Shown here in pieces: positions 46,101-56,356 of a stretch of DNA of 64,000 bases. Position numbers and translations under genes: made by a program. Origin of the DNA: a virus. The notes beneath the pieces are model-generated. The model searched no databases, was not told the origin of the DNA, and was given only the letters and a program-made list of their open reading frames with translations. Location of the stretch: positions 32,001-96,000 of IMG/VR virus record IMGVR_UViG_3300032315_000774. One strand, given 5' to 3'. Within the stretch, counting starts at the first letter, position 1, and every line of letters begins with the position of its first letter.

Positions 46101-47912
46101 GTTGTTCCATCCGTCGTTGATGGCAGCGGCAAGGTTCGTCGCGACCTGCGCTGCTGAATCACCTGCGGTGTATGGTACGAGGACGCGCCCCGCTGCTGCA
46201 GGCGAGCCTGTGTTCAGCTCGAAGATCAGCGGCGCGTTGACGCCATCGCTGATCTGCGCCGTCACGGAGCCGAGCGCGAACGCGTTGATCGCAGCGCCTG
46301 TGGGGCAGGTGATGGTGCCCGATGCGGCGACCGCGCCGAGGCCGATCGTGCGCTGTGCGTAGGTGTTGACCGACGAAACAACCTGCGCGAGTGACCTCGG
46401 GCTCGCGCCGCCGTTGAAGCCTGCGCCGCTGTAACGGTTGTTGCTGAGATCGACGAGCACCGTCTGGTCGTTGAAGCGGAGCGGCAAGTACCACGACGCA
46501 GAGGTCGTGAACGATGTGGCGTTCACGAGACCAAAGAAGCGTGTGCTCAGCGGTGCTGCGGTCAGCGTGTAGCGGTTCGGCGACGTCGTCTGGAGCAGGT
46601 TGCCTCCGTACGAGAGGCCGAACAAGCTGTAGGTCAGGTTGACGCCTGAAGCGCCCTGGCTCGACAGGGAGACGAGGTCGACGAAGAACGTGTTGAGGCC
46701 GATCGAGACAGTTGCTGCACCACCAGTCGCTGTCTTCTGGATGATGTCGAAGCTCCGCCACCGTGTCGTCGTGATGCGACGCTGAGCCGCTGGGCTCGCG
46801 GTGTATGCGACCGGTTCTGTCGTCGTGCGTCCGTTCTGGTCAACACCCGTGAAGATGATCGTTCCGCCGTTCCATCCCGCACCGAAGTTGACGACAGCTT
46901 CGAGCGGTCGCCACAAGATCACGTTTGCCGTGTCGGTCACGCCGTTCGCGTTGTCGACTTCCACAGTGAACGGCGACAGCACACGCACCACGCGGAACTC
47001 GCCGTTGTTCAGCCCTGATGAGCTGTTGATGCTCAGGACGCGGCCTACGTCCGACGGACCGAAGCGAGGGTCCGGGATCGTCACGCGCTGCACGCTCTCC
47101 AAGCTCACAGCGAGCGTCGCCGTCAGCGCGACGTGCACAGGCTGACCATACGGCGCCACGAACGTGTTCGGCCCGCTCGCAGCGGACGCTGCAAGCACCC
47201 ACGTGTCGTCGACGACGTTGAGCGTCGGGAGGTCACCGAACACACGGCTCGGAGGCGCCATGTTCGGCGAGTCGAGCAGCGTGCATCCGAGCGTCCAGCT
47301 CGCGCGCCATGCCATCGGCAAGATCCACGGCGTGACCGCTGCGATGCCGGTTATGAGCTGTCTGAACCCGGTCACGGTCGTCGCGAACGACCGCGCCACC
47401 TGACGCCACGCTTGAAGGAGCAAGCGGTACGCACCAAGGCTCCACACGCTCGGGCGTGGTGCTGCGACCTGGCGTCCGAAGGTCGCGTCGATGAGCGCGT
47501 CGTCGGCCGTCTCCAGAGCCAACGTGTCACGGATCGCCTGGATCTGCGCAGCGAGCGCATCGAGCGCTTCACCGTGTGCCCACAAGATCGACGCGCTTTG
47601 ACGGCACTCGATGTAGCTTGGGTAGCTCGGGTTGCCGTCGCCAATGTATGCCCGCGCCAACGGTGGTCGACGGTAGACAGCGGTCACGACGTGTGGACCC
47701 TGCGCAAGCTGCGCTTGTACTTCGAGTGAACCTTGCGCGTTGCTCGTGAACGACCCGACGTACACGTCGTTGTCGTAGACATCGAAGACTGCGCTCGTTT
47801 GCTGCACGCTCAGGACAAGCGTTGTCAGACCTGAGCGTACAGGCAACACCGTGCCTGACGCGCGGTAGAACGAGCCTTGAGGCATGAGAGCCAAGAGATC
47901 GAGGTACTTCAC
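43131..47912 (-). CDS. very large baseplate wedge / tail structural protein
   Basis: ~1590 aa, beta-rich; N-terminal P2 gpI-like segment (L...FG......YRLLL). Confidence 0.65.
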   Translation of the reverse strand: MKYLDLLALMPQGSFYRASGTVLPVRSGLTTLVLSVQQTSAVFDVYDNDVYVGSFTSNAQGSLEVQAQLAQGPHVVTAVYRRPPLARAYIGDGNPSYPSYIECRQSASILWAHGEALDALAAQIQAIRDTLALETADDALIDATFGRQVAAPRPSVWSLGAYRLLLQAWRQVARSFATTVTGFRQLITGIAAVTPWILPMAWRASWTLGCTLLDSPNMAPPSRVFGDLPTLNVVDDTWVLAASAASGPNTFVAPYGQPVHVALTATLAVSLESVQRVTIPDPRFGPSDVGRVLSINSSSGLNNGEFRVVRVLSPFTVEVDNANGVTDTANVILWRPLEAVVNFGAGWNGGTIIFTGVDQNGRTTTEPVAYTASPAAQRRITTTRWRSFDIIQKTATGGAATVSIGLNTFFVDLVSLSSQGASGVNLTYSLFGLSYGGNLLQTTSPNRYTLTAAPLSTRFFGLVNATSFTTSASWYLPLRFNDQTVLVDLSNNRYSGAGFNGGASPRSLAQVVSSVNTYAQRTIGLGAVAASGTITCPTGAAINAFALGSVTAQISDGVNAPLIFELNTGSPAAAGRVLVPYTAGDSAAQVATNLAAAINDGWNNTARTAAPASAGAIRVTAVANGAVVTVRNQYGGTQGNTSILLTTNAQLAGFTTTNMTGGANSGLTPASASSGTFGNALLLEVPYTSDDNRINTYGVGADAQTAILGTPRLSGALTASGAVHQSTLLVSSGRLPVTTNRVWLGELQQSFTSTPVVWTLDDASTLDVFFPADWLAGGIRVVGTDVNGLALAEDFARPDPEVATGAGASNTGSEILFGEVVNDIQVGDYFYNVTTGTGAFVRYVFASGLGTYADLTATVATVVGNTWELRRDRVVTGTRVFATTSAVQGLAPVAGAVRATVMVTGAEQQGFLVRVGRNSVRALTLDLLTDTPTAGNSTAFAAVSAANVGLFDNYISIAAATAASNANRGLHRLQGVTPPFPGIAFVIQHEDKVFYPETGVAMNVWSAGEVVRVIDHAGSGVARLYPTGLRGSWSIGAAVEVDERVNEAPRRPAELVVDVNPDYAPPGAGPFSDPVTTGPATLPDGWIVSSASAATFDSPAYLAPTRFQSTASGTAWYMQRDVDVSDYRTRPVRVAMWVSPHFATASYRLDVSFDGGAFAPMSAVAPLTNPIAITGTHLVAPGAGGTLDPRQVLGQVLVPYDATTMTVRLLLTGGTFGVTSIEQIVITVPNSGMYLGQGTAYLTGATLYRWAAETLQEDEQALIESGLDRYSAAHTPIYDYQLSPVAGIFTATDLLSCTLTNISVEPQVPDRLSIARPASPSRVVQTLVFGAPSNAILALPTRHTGPLEEAFPDEILTANTVPQPQTPTVPGGVLPYRFLSATTLQVASTAAGDPANQSIFNPSATYVFAYDQLTQIETPVIDLGVSFASNVWLYDVPMWMRIAPEAGSYAAEAQLLVIGNRATLTQTADVTRPATLYVDDGLQRREVLQGTWRFATSGFVEIDAPIPGAVYTLSYTARHPLYARTVQWRLQVRSDTVSPVTTAWRDVDQDAFANPAHRYHQMRLQLWGVERVLDVAVYGLGLRGFDPNNLPGA

Positions 47913-48517
47913 TGCGCAGTTCCTCCGCGAATGTCGACGCCTGTGGGCTCGAAGTAGAACGTGCCGAGAACGGCGCTGCCGCTGCAACCGTATCCTGTCA
48001 CCGTGACGGTTCCTGGCAGCTCGCTTGGCGGTGCGACGACCACAGCCGAACCTTGGTGCATCGTGACAAGACCAGGCACGTCACCGAACAAGATGATCGG
48101 ATGTCGCTCGACGCTGAAGACCTTGCCTTCTCCTGCGAGAGAGTAAGCTGAAGTCACGTCAGCGACATCGATCAAAGCGATGAGTCGCTGGTCCACGTAC
48201 ACATGCAGCATCGTGCCCCACTTCAAGAAGCGAAGTCGATGACGCGGACCTGGAATCGCTCGGCTCGCGTAGAAGATTCCATTCACCAACAAACCGTCGA
48301 GGTCGAGCACCAAACCGTTCCACCGAAGCTGAACCCCTTCCGAGCACACGACATCGACGTCGAAGTTCGCCACGGGTGTCGGCCACGTGAGGCTGCCACC
48401 TGGAAGGATGACCGCACCCTGTTCCCAGACAGCGTTGCTGACCGTCCACGCGGACAAGTTCGACGTGAAGAAGTCGCTGCACGCTGTCGTGTCGAGGATG
48501 GCGTTGCCGTAGATCAT
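47909..48517 (-). CDS. virion structural protein (lectin/Ig-like)
   Basis: Coupled ORF in the tail module. Confidence 0.55.
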   Translation of the reverse strand: MIYGNAILDTTACSDFFTSNLSAWTVSNAVWEQGAVILPGGSLTWPTPVANFDVDVVCSEGVQLRWNGLVLDLDGLLVNGIFYASRAIPGPRHRLRFLKWGTMLHVYVDQRLIALIDVADVTSAYSLAGEGKVFSVERHPIILFGDVPGLVTMHQGSAVVVAPPSELPGTVTVTGYGCSGSAVLGTFYFEPTGVDIRGGTAQ

Positions 48518-49608
48518 ACTGCTTCTCCGGATCGAATGAGGACACCGTCAGGCGCGAAGAGGTCGAACGTGTTCGTCGCGATGCCGCCGCTCCCGAACGC
48601 ACGAATCTCCCGCTCGCCGCGCTGCGAGACCGCCAGCGCAGGCAGCTCCGCCAAGAGCGCAGTCGGTCGTGCCCCTGTCACTGTCAGTGGTGCACCATCG
48701 AGCATGGCACCTGCGCGCAGCTCGAACCGCTTCACTTTGCCTTGCATGCGCTGTCCTTCGTTCCGAACACGCGCGAAGATGACAGCGGGTCCCTCGATGA
48801 AGGAGCTGGTCGACACCACGAGATCTCCATCGACGAACACGTGAACGAAGTTCGCAGATCTCTGGATGCGAAGTTGCCTCGCGCTGTCGAAACCAGGCGC
48901 ACGCGTGCGCGATGCGGAGTACGCGCGGATCGTCGAGCTGCCGACGACACACACGAACTCGACCGCGTCGCCTTCGACCTCCAGAGTCGCGTCGAAGTGC
49001 TCGTACGTCCCTGGGGCGCTGAGCGTCGCTTCACCACCGAGCGTGAGCCCAGAGTCGAGCACGACACCATCGTCTTCCACGCGCGTGACGCCCGTAGGTG
49101 TCCAGCCGTTGTACTGACCCGCGAACGAGACCGGCGTGCTCGGCTCGAAGACGAAGTCGCTGGCCAAGCGCACGAGCGTGTAGCCGAACGTCGAGGCGGA
49201 AGCCGGTTCGACGACAAGAAGCGCGCCGCTTCCTGGACCCGACGACAAGATCTGGATCGAGAACGGGTCTGCGTCGACGGCACCGAACGCGTCCGTGGCT
49301 TGAATGGTGACGGGGAACGTACCGACTGCCGTCGGTGTACCTGAGATGACCGCAGTCGGTGTCCCTTGTGTAAGCGCAAGTCCCGGAGGCAGCGCGCCTG
49401 CGATCACCGACCACACGTAGCTCGGTACGCCACCGGCAGCAGACACGTTTGCTGTGTACGGCTGGCCTACGACGCCGCTTGGCAGCGACAACGTCACGAT
49501 CCGGAAGATCGAGTTCAAGTCGATGAAGACGTTGACGTTGCGGATGACCGCCTGAACGAACGGTGTGACCGAAACGTTGCCGTTGATCGTGAAGCCGATG
49601 TCAGGCAC
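48514..49608 (-). CDS. virion protein with putative Ig domain
   Basis: LPxGxVGQPY...GGVPSYxWS..GALPPGLAL...ISGTPT. Confidence 0.7.
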   Translation of the reverse strand: MPDIGFTINGNVSVTPFVQAVIRNVNVFIDLNSIFRIVTLSLPSGVVGQPYTANVSAAGGVPSYVWSVIAGALPPGLALTQGTPTAVISGTPTAVGTFPVTIQATDAFGAVDADPFSIQILSSGPGSGALLVVEPASASTFGYTLVRLASDFVFEPSTPVSFAGQYNGWTPTGVTRVEDDGVVLDSGLTLGGEATLSAPGTYEHFDATLEVEGDAVEFVCVVGSSTIRAYSASRTRAPGFDSARQLRIQRSANFVHVFVDGDLVVSTSSFIEGPAVIFARVRNEGQRMQGKVKRFELRAGAMLDGAPLTVTGARPTALLAELPALAVSQRGEREIRAFGSGGIATNTFDLFAPDGVLIRSGEAV

Positions 49609-49611
49609 AGC

Positions 49612-50577
49612 TCACTCCAGCACCGTGCCGACAGGGCAAGGAAGCATGAGGCTGCCCATCGTCCGATAGCGCATCGTGCCTGTTTCTGCAGGGTCACCGT
49701 AGTTGAAGTTGGTAGGGTTGTTGCCGCCGATCGCGAGCACGTCCGTCAACGTGCCCAAAGGACGGCCACCAGAAACAGTTGCGACGTTGTTCGTGAAAGA
49801 GATCGGAAAGCCAGGCATCCGAGCTGTGTTGTCGATACCGTTCGTCAGCTGCGTCAAGCCTGTCGCGACAGAGATCAACGTTGTAGACGCCAACGAAGTC
49901 ATCGTCGTCGCCGTGTTTGCGACGAGTGGAGTCCAGCTGGTGATGTTGTTCGGTGTCGAGCTGCTGTTGAGGATGATGAAGCGGTTCGTCTGTGTCGACG
50001 TCGTCAGGTCGAACAAGCAGAAGCCACCCTGGTTGTTGGTGTCGACCAACAGCTTGTCCATCACGAAGATGTCGCCTGTCGCGTTCTTCCAGATGTTCAA
50101 ACGGAACGCACCGACTGTAGAGTTCGACCGCAAGGTGATCGAGACGCTACCGCTCTGACCCGTTGCTGTGGGCAGCACCGTCGTCGAACCACCTGTGAAC
50201 TGGTTCGGCGCGACGAAGATGACGAAGCCAAGTGGGTTCAGTGGTGTTGTCGACTCGGCGACCATCAGCCAGTAGAGGCGTCCTCCGCCGAACACGTTGC
50301 CGAAGCCTGCGGGCGCTGTCCCTGTGGCCCATGAACGCGCGTTGCCTGTCGAGTTGAAGACGACGGCACCCGCACCGACACCCGTGATGAGATCGCTGTC
50401 AGCGAAGCTGGTGCCGTTCGACGAGCGTGTGATGACCGATGCCCCTGAGCCTCCGACGTTCTGCACCATCCAATAGAGGATGCGGTAGAAGGTGTACTGC
50501 ATCGTGCCGAGGCCCGTTGTTGCGCCTCCACAGTCGTTGTTCAGATCGGTGTCGAAAGCGACGCTAGGAGTGACCAC
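49612..50577 (-). CDS. virion structural protein
   Basis: Thr/Gly/Asn-rich ORF in the tail module. Confidence 0.55.
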   Translation of the reverse strand: MVTPSVAFDTDLNNDCGGATTGLGTMQYTFYRILYWMVQNVGGSGASVITRSSNGTSFADSDLITGVGAGAVVFNSTGNARSWATGTAPAGFGNVFGGGRLYWLMVAESTTPLNPLGFVIFVAPNQFTGGSTTVLPTATGQSGSVSITLRSNSTVGAFRLNIWKNATGDIFVMDKLLVDTNNQGGFCLFDLTTSTQTNRFIILNSSSTPNNITSWTPLVANTATTMTSLASTTLISVATGLTQLTNGIDNTARMPGFPISFTNNVATVSGGRPLGTLTDVLAIGGNNPTNFNYGDPAETGTMRYRTMGSLMLPCPVGTVLE

Positions 50578-50580
50578 TGC

Positions 50581-51969
50581 TCACCTCGGAGTCACGACGA
50601 GCACACCGCCGTCGAAGGTTGGATGCTGATTCGGCGCGAAGGCGATGTCGGCGACACCTGCATCGACCGCGCGTGAAAACTGAATGAACGTCAGGTTGTT
50701 GACAGCCGAGACCGCATTCCGCACGGCATTGTTCACGTCGCTGACTTCCAACGGTTCGCCCTGTGGTGACGCGAGCACGAACGCCTGGATCGCCGCGAGA
50801 ACCGCTTGCTGTGTCGCGACCGGCGAGAAGCCTGAGCGTGTCGTGAAGTCAGCAACGACCGCGATTGGCACACCGACACCACGTCTGTAGAGGAGATCTT
50901 GTCCTACGACTGTGTCGTCTGGACTGGCGTTCGTAGCCTGCATCTGTCGAATGAGTGCGTCGTAGTCGTAGTCGATCGTCACGAGCCCACCGGGCGCAAG
51001 AGGAGCTGCAGGCGTCCGAAGGAAGCGGATGCCGTCGAGCGCGCGTGTCGAGCCCGACAGTGGACCGTCGTCGAACACGACCTCGTAGTCGGTCCCCTCG
51101 ACGTATGTCGTCGCGCCTGCGGTGACGCCGTTGACGCGAAGCATGGGTGGCAAGCTGACGCGAATGAGCTGTCCGACGCCGTAGTATACGTTCTGCTCGG
51201 TGCGCTGCACGCTCTGCCCGTTGCGCACGAAGACGTCCACAGCTCCAGGCTGTGCACGCTCTGGAAAGCGCTCCACGTACACAGAACCGGCTGCGTTGAA
51301 TCCTGTGAGCGCGTTACGCTTGATCCCTGATGGTGTCGCCAGCTGGCGCCCTTGCACAGACAGGAAGAACAAGTCCACCAGCTGTGCGTTCGAGGTCTCG
51401 CCGTCACCGCCGATCGCAGCTGCAGGGTTGGTCACGGCCGAGAAGCCATTCAGCGGGATCAACGGACGCGTGAGCCTGTTCGGGCCGACGCGACTCTCGA
51501 CGCCTGGGCTGACGGCAACAGCTTGCACGCGAAGACGCCACAAGCCGTTCTCCAGGGGAGCGCCGAACGGAAGTGACGCTGCTTCTGTCGTCACGAAGAC
51601 GATCGTCGAGGTCGCGTCACGGACGCCGATAGGCGTGCCACGTGCGACAGGCAGTCCTGCAAGCGGTGGCGCGACCGAGCTTTGGAACTCCAGCGTGACC
51701 GTCGCGTTGGTCCCCGGGCTTGCGATGATGCCCTCGTTCGAGACGATGGCACGGATCTCTTCCGTTGCATCGAGGTCGAGTGCTTCGACCAAGCTCTGGA
51801 CCTGCGAAAGGTCTGCGACGTCAGCACTGAGCTGACCAAGGACGATGGATTGAGGAAAGAGCGACGAGTCGTAGATGGGTCCGTACGTCGTGTCGAGCTG
51901 GTTGTTCGGAACGGTGGCTTGCATTCGAGCAAGCCACTGCGCAGCGGGTACGGCTTCGAATGGCATCAC
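50581..51969 (-). CDS. baseplate J-like protein
   Basis: AxVTLEF, FVTTE, AVSPG, VTNPAAAIGGxxE.SN..L. Confidence 0.8.
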   Translation of the reverse strand: MMPFEAVPAAQWLARMQATVPNNQLDTTYGPIYDSSLFPQSIVLGQLSADVADLSQVQSLVEALDLDATEEIRAIVSNEGIIASPGTNATVTLEFQSSVAPPLAGLPVARGTPIGVRDATSTIVFVTTEAASLPFGAPLENGLWRLRVQAVAVSPGVESRVGPNRLTRPLIPLNGFSAVTNPAAAIGGDGETSNAQLVDLFFLSVQGRQLATPSGIKRNALTGFNAAGSVYVERFPERAQPGAVDVFVRNGQSVQRTEQNVYYGVGQLIRVSLPPMLRVNGVTAGATTYVEGTDYEVVFDDGPLSGSTRALDGIRFLRTPAAPLAPGGLVTIDYDYDALIRQMQATNASPDDTVVGQDLLYRRGVGVPIAVVADFTTRSGFSPVATQQAVLAAIQAFVLASPQGEPLEVSDVNNAVRNAVSAVNNLTFIQFSRAVDAGVADIAFAPNQHPTFDGGVLVVTPR

Positions 51970-52376
51970 ACGCTCCCACTTCGCGTGACGGTCGCACGCG
52001 GGTCTTCACTGTTGATGGCGACCGAGAATGCGTAGTTCACCTTCTCGACCGGAGGTTGCACACGCAGCGTAGCGATGCCTGCGACACGTTCTCGAAGAGA
52101 CCGCACTGCACGTTGACGTTGCTGCAGAACTTGCCACCGTTGGATCGCAGAACGAATGCGGCTGTCGAGTGCTGCAGCGATCGTGGTCGGTACACCAACC
52201 GTTCCGATGACGCTCTCCAGCCCTGCTCCGAATCCGTTCGGCATCGGATTGATCGTCAGAAGTTCACTGAAGTCTTGACCGAGCTTCGGCAAGTCAGACA
52301 CCAGCTCGGTCGTGCCTGCCGGAGAGATGACCCAGTCACCGTTCACGATACGGAACGTCTGGCTCATGTTCGACAC
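51966..52376 (-). CDS. baseplate wedge subunit (gp25/gpW-like)
   Basis: NGD...KL.QD...FGAGL; position upstream of J. Confidence 0.6.
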   Translation of the reverse strand: MSNMSQTFRIVNGDWVISPAGTTELVSDLPKLGQDFSELLTINPMPNGFGAGLESVIGTVGVPTTIAAALDSRIRSAIQRWQVLQQRQRAVRSLRERVAGIATLRVQPPVEKVNYAFSVAINSEDPRATVTRSGSV

Positions 52377-52810
52377 TCCTGGAGAACGGTCTTCGCTCGT
52401 CGGATGCCAGATAGGCCGAGATCGAGTTCGAGGATGTCAGCTTGGAGCTTGTCTCGCCACGCGAGCTGTCGACGCAGACGTGTCTGCAGAGCTTGTAGAG
52501 CTTGCAGTGGTTCTGAGAACGACAGCGCCGTCTGTACGGCTTTCGAGAAGTCGCCCAGCTCTACGCAGCTGCGCGCGACGGACGAGTCGAACGGGACGAG
52601 GTTGCTGAACTGCGCGAGGCCGCCTGCGACTGCCGCCAAGGCAGACTCGGACACCTGAAGCGGGATCAACACGACATCCACGACCGCGAGCTGTGCCGCG
52701 ACCTGTGCGCGTGCGACTTCGATCGCACCTTCGAGTGTTGTCAGCACGCCGACGATCGCCGCCCGAACAGGGGCTGACAGCGCACAGAGTACGATCTGCG
52801 AACAATCCAT
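52364..52810 (-). CDS. hypothetical baseplate-module protein
   Basis: GGAG RBS, coupled ORF. Confidence 0.5.
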   Translation of the reverse strand: MDCSQIVLCALSAPVRAAIVGVLTTLEGAIEVARAQVAAQLAVVDVVLIPLQVSESALAAVAGGLAQFSNLVPFDSSVARSCVELGDFSKAVQTALSFSEPLQALQALQTRLRRQLAWRDKLQADILELDLGLSGIRRAKTVLQECRT

Positions 52811-52812
52811 GC

Positions 52813-53268
52813 TCAGCTCCAGGGAAGTTGGATTGGCGCACCGAACAACCCGGTGCGCATCCAGGGATCGACAACAGCTGCTATCGTCTGAGCGACGACT
52901 CGCGGATCGACCTGCGGTACGACTAGACCTAGCACGAGCGGACCCGCTGGCGGAAGCGCTGTCGGTGTCGCAGCCGCGAACGCCGCGACACCTGCCACGA
53001 TCGCAGGTTCCAGCGATGGGACAACCCCTGTTCCTACGAAGGCCCCTCGAAACGCGCTCAGAGCCGCTGGCGTCGCAGGGGGTAGGGCCGCCTGGCCCAA
53101 GTAGCGTTCGAAGGCTGTGGCCCAGTTCTGCGCTGCCAGGATGCGTGAGCTGATCGGGTCCACGACCCCATTGATCGACAAGATCGGCCACCCCACGAAG
53201 TCTGGCCGCGAGCTGTCGATGACCGCGAGCACCGCCTCGAACAAGGTCGCAGGGGTCAGCGGCATCAC
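52813..53268 (-). CDS. hypothetical baseplate-module protein
   Basis: Coupled ORF. Confidence 0.5.
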   Translation of the reverse strand: MMPLTPATLFEAVLAVIDSSRPDFVGWPILSINGVVDPISSRILAAQNWATAFERYLGQAALPPATPAALSAFRGAFVGTGVVPSLEPAIVAGVAAFAAATPTALPPAGPLVLGLVVPQVDPRVVAQTIAAVVDPWMRTGLFGAPIQLPWS

Positions 53269-54278
53269 CGGATCTCCAACGTCGCGGACAGCTCGACACC
53301 TTCACGCAGCGGCATCAGCGCAGGCCCACTCGGACCGAACGCCGTCGCGACGGACAACTGCGTGGTCAGCCACAAGCTCAGCGCGCGCCCTCGCACCGCC
53401 ACGTCGTCGGCAGGCCCACCGGCGTTGAGGATGATCCTCGGCGCGGTGTAGCTCTGTGACAAGATCGCGCTCTGCTCGAACGCGCCCGTGGTGTCGACCT
53501 GACGCGTGAAGACCTCGGCTCCAGCTGCGTTCCACGCTTGTTCACGCATGCGCGTGAAGCCTGCACCAGGACCTACGAGAGATGAGCCAAGCGCATCACG
53601 CAAGTCGCCTGCTTCGATCTTGTAAGCATCCTGTACGACGCCGGTCGGGAGCTGAGCACCAACACGCACGACCACGCGCTCAGGTGTGGACATCGACCCC
53701 ACGTTCGGGACGACGCCGCTTCGGTCGACACCGATCGCGCTCCCGTAGGTCTCGATCCGCACGACTTCAGCGCTCTCGACGACCACGCTCTGCGTGTTCG
53801 CGTCAAGCGTCACGGAGAGGTTCTGAGCTTCGATGATGCCTCGACCGTCGCGTGTGAAGTAGTAGCCTGCGCCGCCACTGCTTCGGAGGTCATGCTCTCC
53901 AAGCTGAAGCGGACGGAACGCGCGCAGCTTGCCTTCTGCCGCAAGCTGGTTCTTGAGCTGGTAGCCTCCGTCGAACACAGAGCGGTCGCTCGAACCTGGC
54001 AGCTCAAAGCCTACGACTTTGGGTCGGTTGTTCGGGTCGAACGCGACCTTCACGTACGTGAACGCTTCTGGCATGTACCGCGCCCACGACGACCGAACAC
54101 CGTTCGCCGAAAACTTGATCGGTACAGTGACCTCTACAGCCAGCGGGATGTCGTTCAACTGAACATTGAGCAGACCTGTGTTCGGGTCGACGTTCAGAAC
54201 CTGGCCGACCATGACGCGCGAGAACGCGTCGTAGCGGTCGACGTTGTTGCTGTGCTCGTTCGGGCTACGCCTTCTCAT
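53265..54278 (-). CDS. baseplate central spike (gpV/gp5-like)
   Basis: N-terminal OB-like (GQVLNVDP...RYMPE), beta-rich body, terminal T.FGPSGP. Confidence 0.65.
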   Translation of the reverse strand: MRRRSPNEHSNNVDRYDAFSRVMVGQVLNVDPNTGLLNVQLNDIPLAVEVTVPIKFSANGVRSSWARYMPEAFTYVKVAFDPNNRPKVVGFELPGSSDRSVFDGGYQLKNQLAAEGKLRAFRPLQLGEHDLRSSGGAGYYFTRDGRGIIEAQNLSVTLDANTQSVVVESAEVVRIETYGSAIGVDRSGVVPNVGSMSTPERVVVRVGAQLPTGVVQDAYKIEAGDLRDALGSSLVGPGAGFTRMREQAWNAAGAEVFTRQVDTTGAFEQSAILSQSYTAPRIILNAGGPADDVAVRGRALSLWLTTQLSVATAFGPSGPALMPLREGVELSATLEIR

Positions 54279-56356
54279 CGCGGTCTCCAGATGCCTTCGG
54301 CCAGCAGACCAATGCTTCCGTACACGGCTGACGTTCGACCTGGAACTTCTGCCTGCTCCAAGCGGCGAACGTAGTTCACGCCAACGGACATGCTCATCGC
54401 CTTGGCGTTCCAGTCGACCCGAAGTGTCGAGCTGCGAACCGTCGCCATGAAGTCTTCATCTTGAACGTGAATCGGACGGTTTGGCCCGATCGACAGCTCC
54501 GGCAGATACGTCACCTGCACGCTATCTGCGTCGGCGTTCGCTTGGTTCAAGCGTACGTTCAGGAACAGTTCTGCGGTCTCCGGAGAAGAGATCCATCCGA
54601 AAGGCTCAACAGCTTGATAGCGAACACCGTACATCAGAAACGACGAAGGTCGCGACAAGCTGATCGTGTTGACTTCATGCTTTCCGCTCTCTGCTAGACC
54701 GTCGATCCAGTAGAACTGAGTGGCGACTTGATTGACTACTTTGGAGTCGTCGATCGACGACTCGGTCGTGATCAATGCGTCTGTCGTAATCTCCCATGGC
54801 GCTCCGTAGTCGCCAAAGTCCGAAGGCTTCGTGTCATAGAACGGGAACTCGACACAGATGTCGCCTCGCCCGGTCGCGAAGATCGTGAAGTCCACGCGCT
54901 TCAAGATGTCGAAGAGGTAGTCGAGCCGAGTCGAGTATGCGCCGCCGAGTGCGAACGACTTGATGAGGTCTTTGAGCAGAATGCCCTGCTCGACTTGCGA
55001 CTGCGCGAAGAATGGAATCGTCAGGTACACACCACCGAAGTCGACAGGATACTTGTCGGGTCGAGAACCGATCGCTGTGATGACGTCGTCGATTGACACC
55101 AGGTCGAAAGCACCGAATCTTGTCGGATCGTCAGCGAAGTCGGGGTCCGTGTCCGGCAAGCGCATGTTCACGAGGTCACTGGTTTTGACCGCTGTGTCGA
55201 CGGTGCGCTGGTACGAGACCAAGTCTGTGTTCACGCGTGCAGGCACACCTTGCGCGCGACTAGGGATGTCGTTGAACGACGTCGGACCGAAGAAGAACTG
55301 CTCGGACTTCTTCGGGTCGAAGCTCCCGAGCACTGCTCCTACGTCCGCACGTTGCGTCGTGTCGCCGTTCACCGAGAATCGGCGGTATGCAGACGAGGTG
55401 CCCGTGATCGTCGAGATCGGCAAGATGGCTTGGTCTTGACTCCGAATCTGTACACCTGCTTGTGCTTGCCCGAAGAAGACGGTGTAGACGAGCTGCTCCA
55501 ACGACAAGTCGCTGAGCCCATCTTGCATCGCGCTCAGAACGGCCGCGTCGATCTGTGTCTGGAGCTGCACCTGGTTGAAGATACCAGGCGCGAAGCTCAT
55601 ACGTGCGCGTGCAGGAATGCGAAGCACGTCCTCGCAGAGGATCGTGACCGTCTGTTGATTGTTCTCGTCCGTTCGCTGCGTCGCACGTGTTACGAACCCT
55701 GAGAAGTCCCAGTACCACTCCTGCGTTGCCGGGTCTCGCACCGCTACACGCACGGGATCTTGAGCTGCCCACGTACACTGCCCGGGCTTCGGCTGATAGA
55801 TCGTGCTGTCGACGCTGTTCCCACCCGACTGTTGAATGTACGCACGCTGTCGGCGGCGCAGCGCCAGCACCGCCTCCTTCACAGGATCGCTCGCAGGCTC
55901 TGGTACTACTGTCGAGGAGTACAGACCTGTCGACGACTGACTCCACAGTTCTTCTTTCAAAGCATCTGTTGCTGCTTGAAGTTGTGCACGCTGCTCCGCA
56001 GACAGAGAAGATGGAACTGCTACAAGTTCTCCACGACGCGGAGCTGGACGTGGCTTACCAGCTTTTGCATCTTGTTGTGTTCGAGCTACTTGCTGAATCT
56101 GCTCACGTCGTACAGCAAAGAAGGACTGCGTTTCTGCAAACTCCGTGTTCAGCTCTTGATCAGCGAGACGAGCTTCGGTGAAGCGACGGAGGTCGTCGAC
56201 GGTGTAGACGTAGCGGTTGTTCGGGCTGGTGAGCGTCAGCTCGGCTGTCGACGGCGCGCGAGCGTCGTTACGGTTGCGCGTGTACGTCACGAAGTCGGGC
56301 GTCACCTCTTGCCCGAGCCAGAACACACGGATGCCTGGAAAGTAGTGCGTCTTCAT
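54275..56356 (-). CDS. baseplate hub (gp27/gp44-like)
   Basis: FSGFVT...VTILCED.L, PELxxxPNRPI; synteny. Confidence 0.65.
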   Translation of the reverse strand: MKTHYFPGIRVFWLGQEVTPDFVTYTRNRNDARAPSTAELTLTSPNNRYVYTVDDLRRFTEARLADQELNTEFAETQSFFAVRREQIQQVARTQQDAKAGKPRPAPRRGELVAVPSSLSAEQRAQLQAATDALKEELWSQSSTGLYSSTVVPEPASDPVKEAVLALRRRQRAYIQQSGGNSVDSTIYQPKPGQCTWAAQDPVRVAVRDPATQEWYWDFSGFVTRATQRTDENNQQTVTILCEDVLRIPARARMSFAPGIFNQVQLQTQIDAAVLSAMQDGLSDLSLEQLVYTVFFGQAQAGVQIRSQDQAILPISTITGTSSAYRRFSVNGDTTQRADVGAVLGSFDPKKSEQFFFGPTSFNDIPSRAQGVPARVNTDLVSYQRTVDTAVKTSDLVNMRLPDTDPDFADDPTRFGAFDLVSIDDVITAIGSRPDKYPVDFGGVYLTIPFFAQSQVEQGILLKDLIKSFALGGAYSTRLDYLFDILKRVDFTIFATGRGDICVEFPFYDTKPSDFGDYGAPWEITTDALITTESSIDDSKVVNQVATQFYWIDGLAESGKHEVNTISLSRPSSFLMYGVRYQAVEPFGWISSPETAELFLNVRLNQANADADSVQVTYLPELSIGPNRPIHVQDEDFMATVRSSTLRVDWNAKAMSMSVGVNYVRRLEQAEVPGRTSAVYGSIGLLAEGIWRPR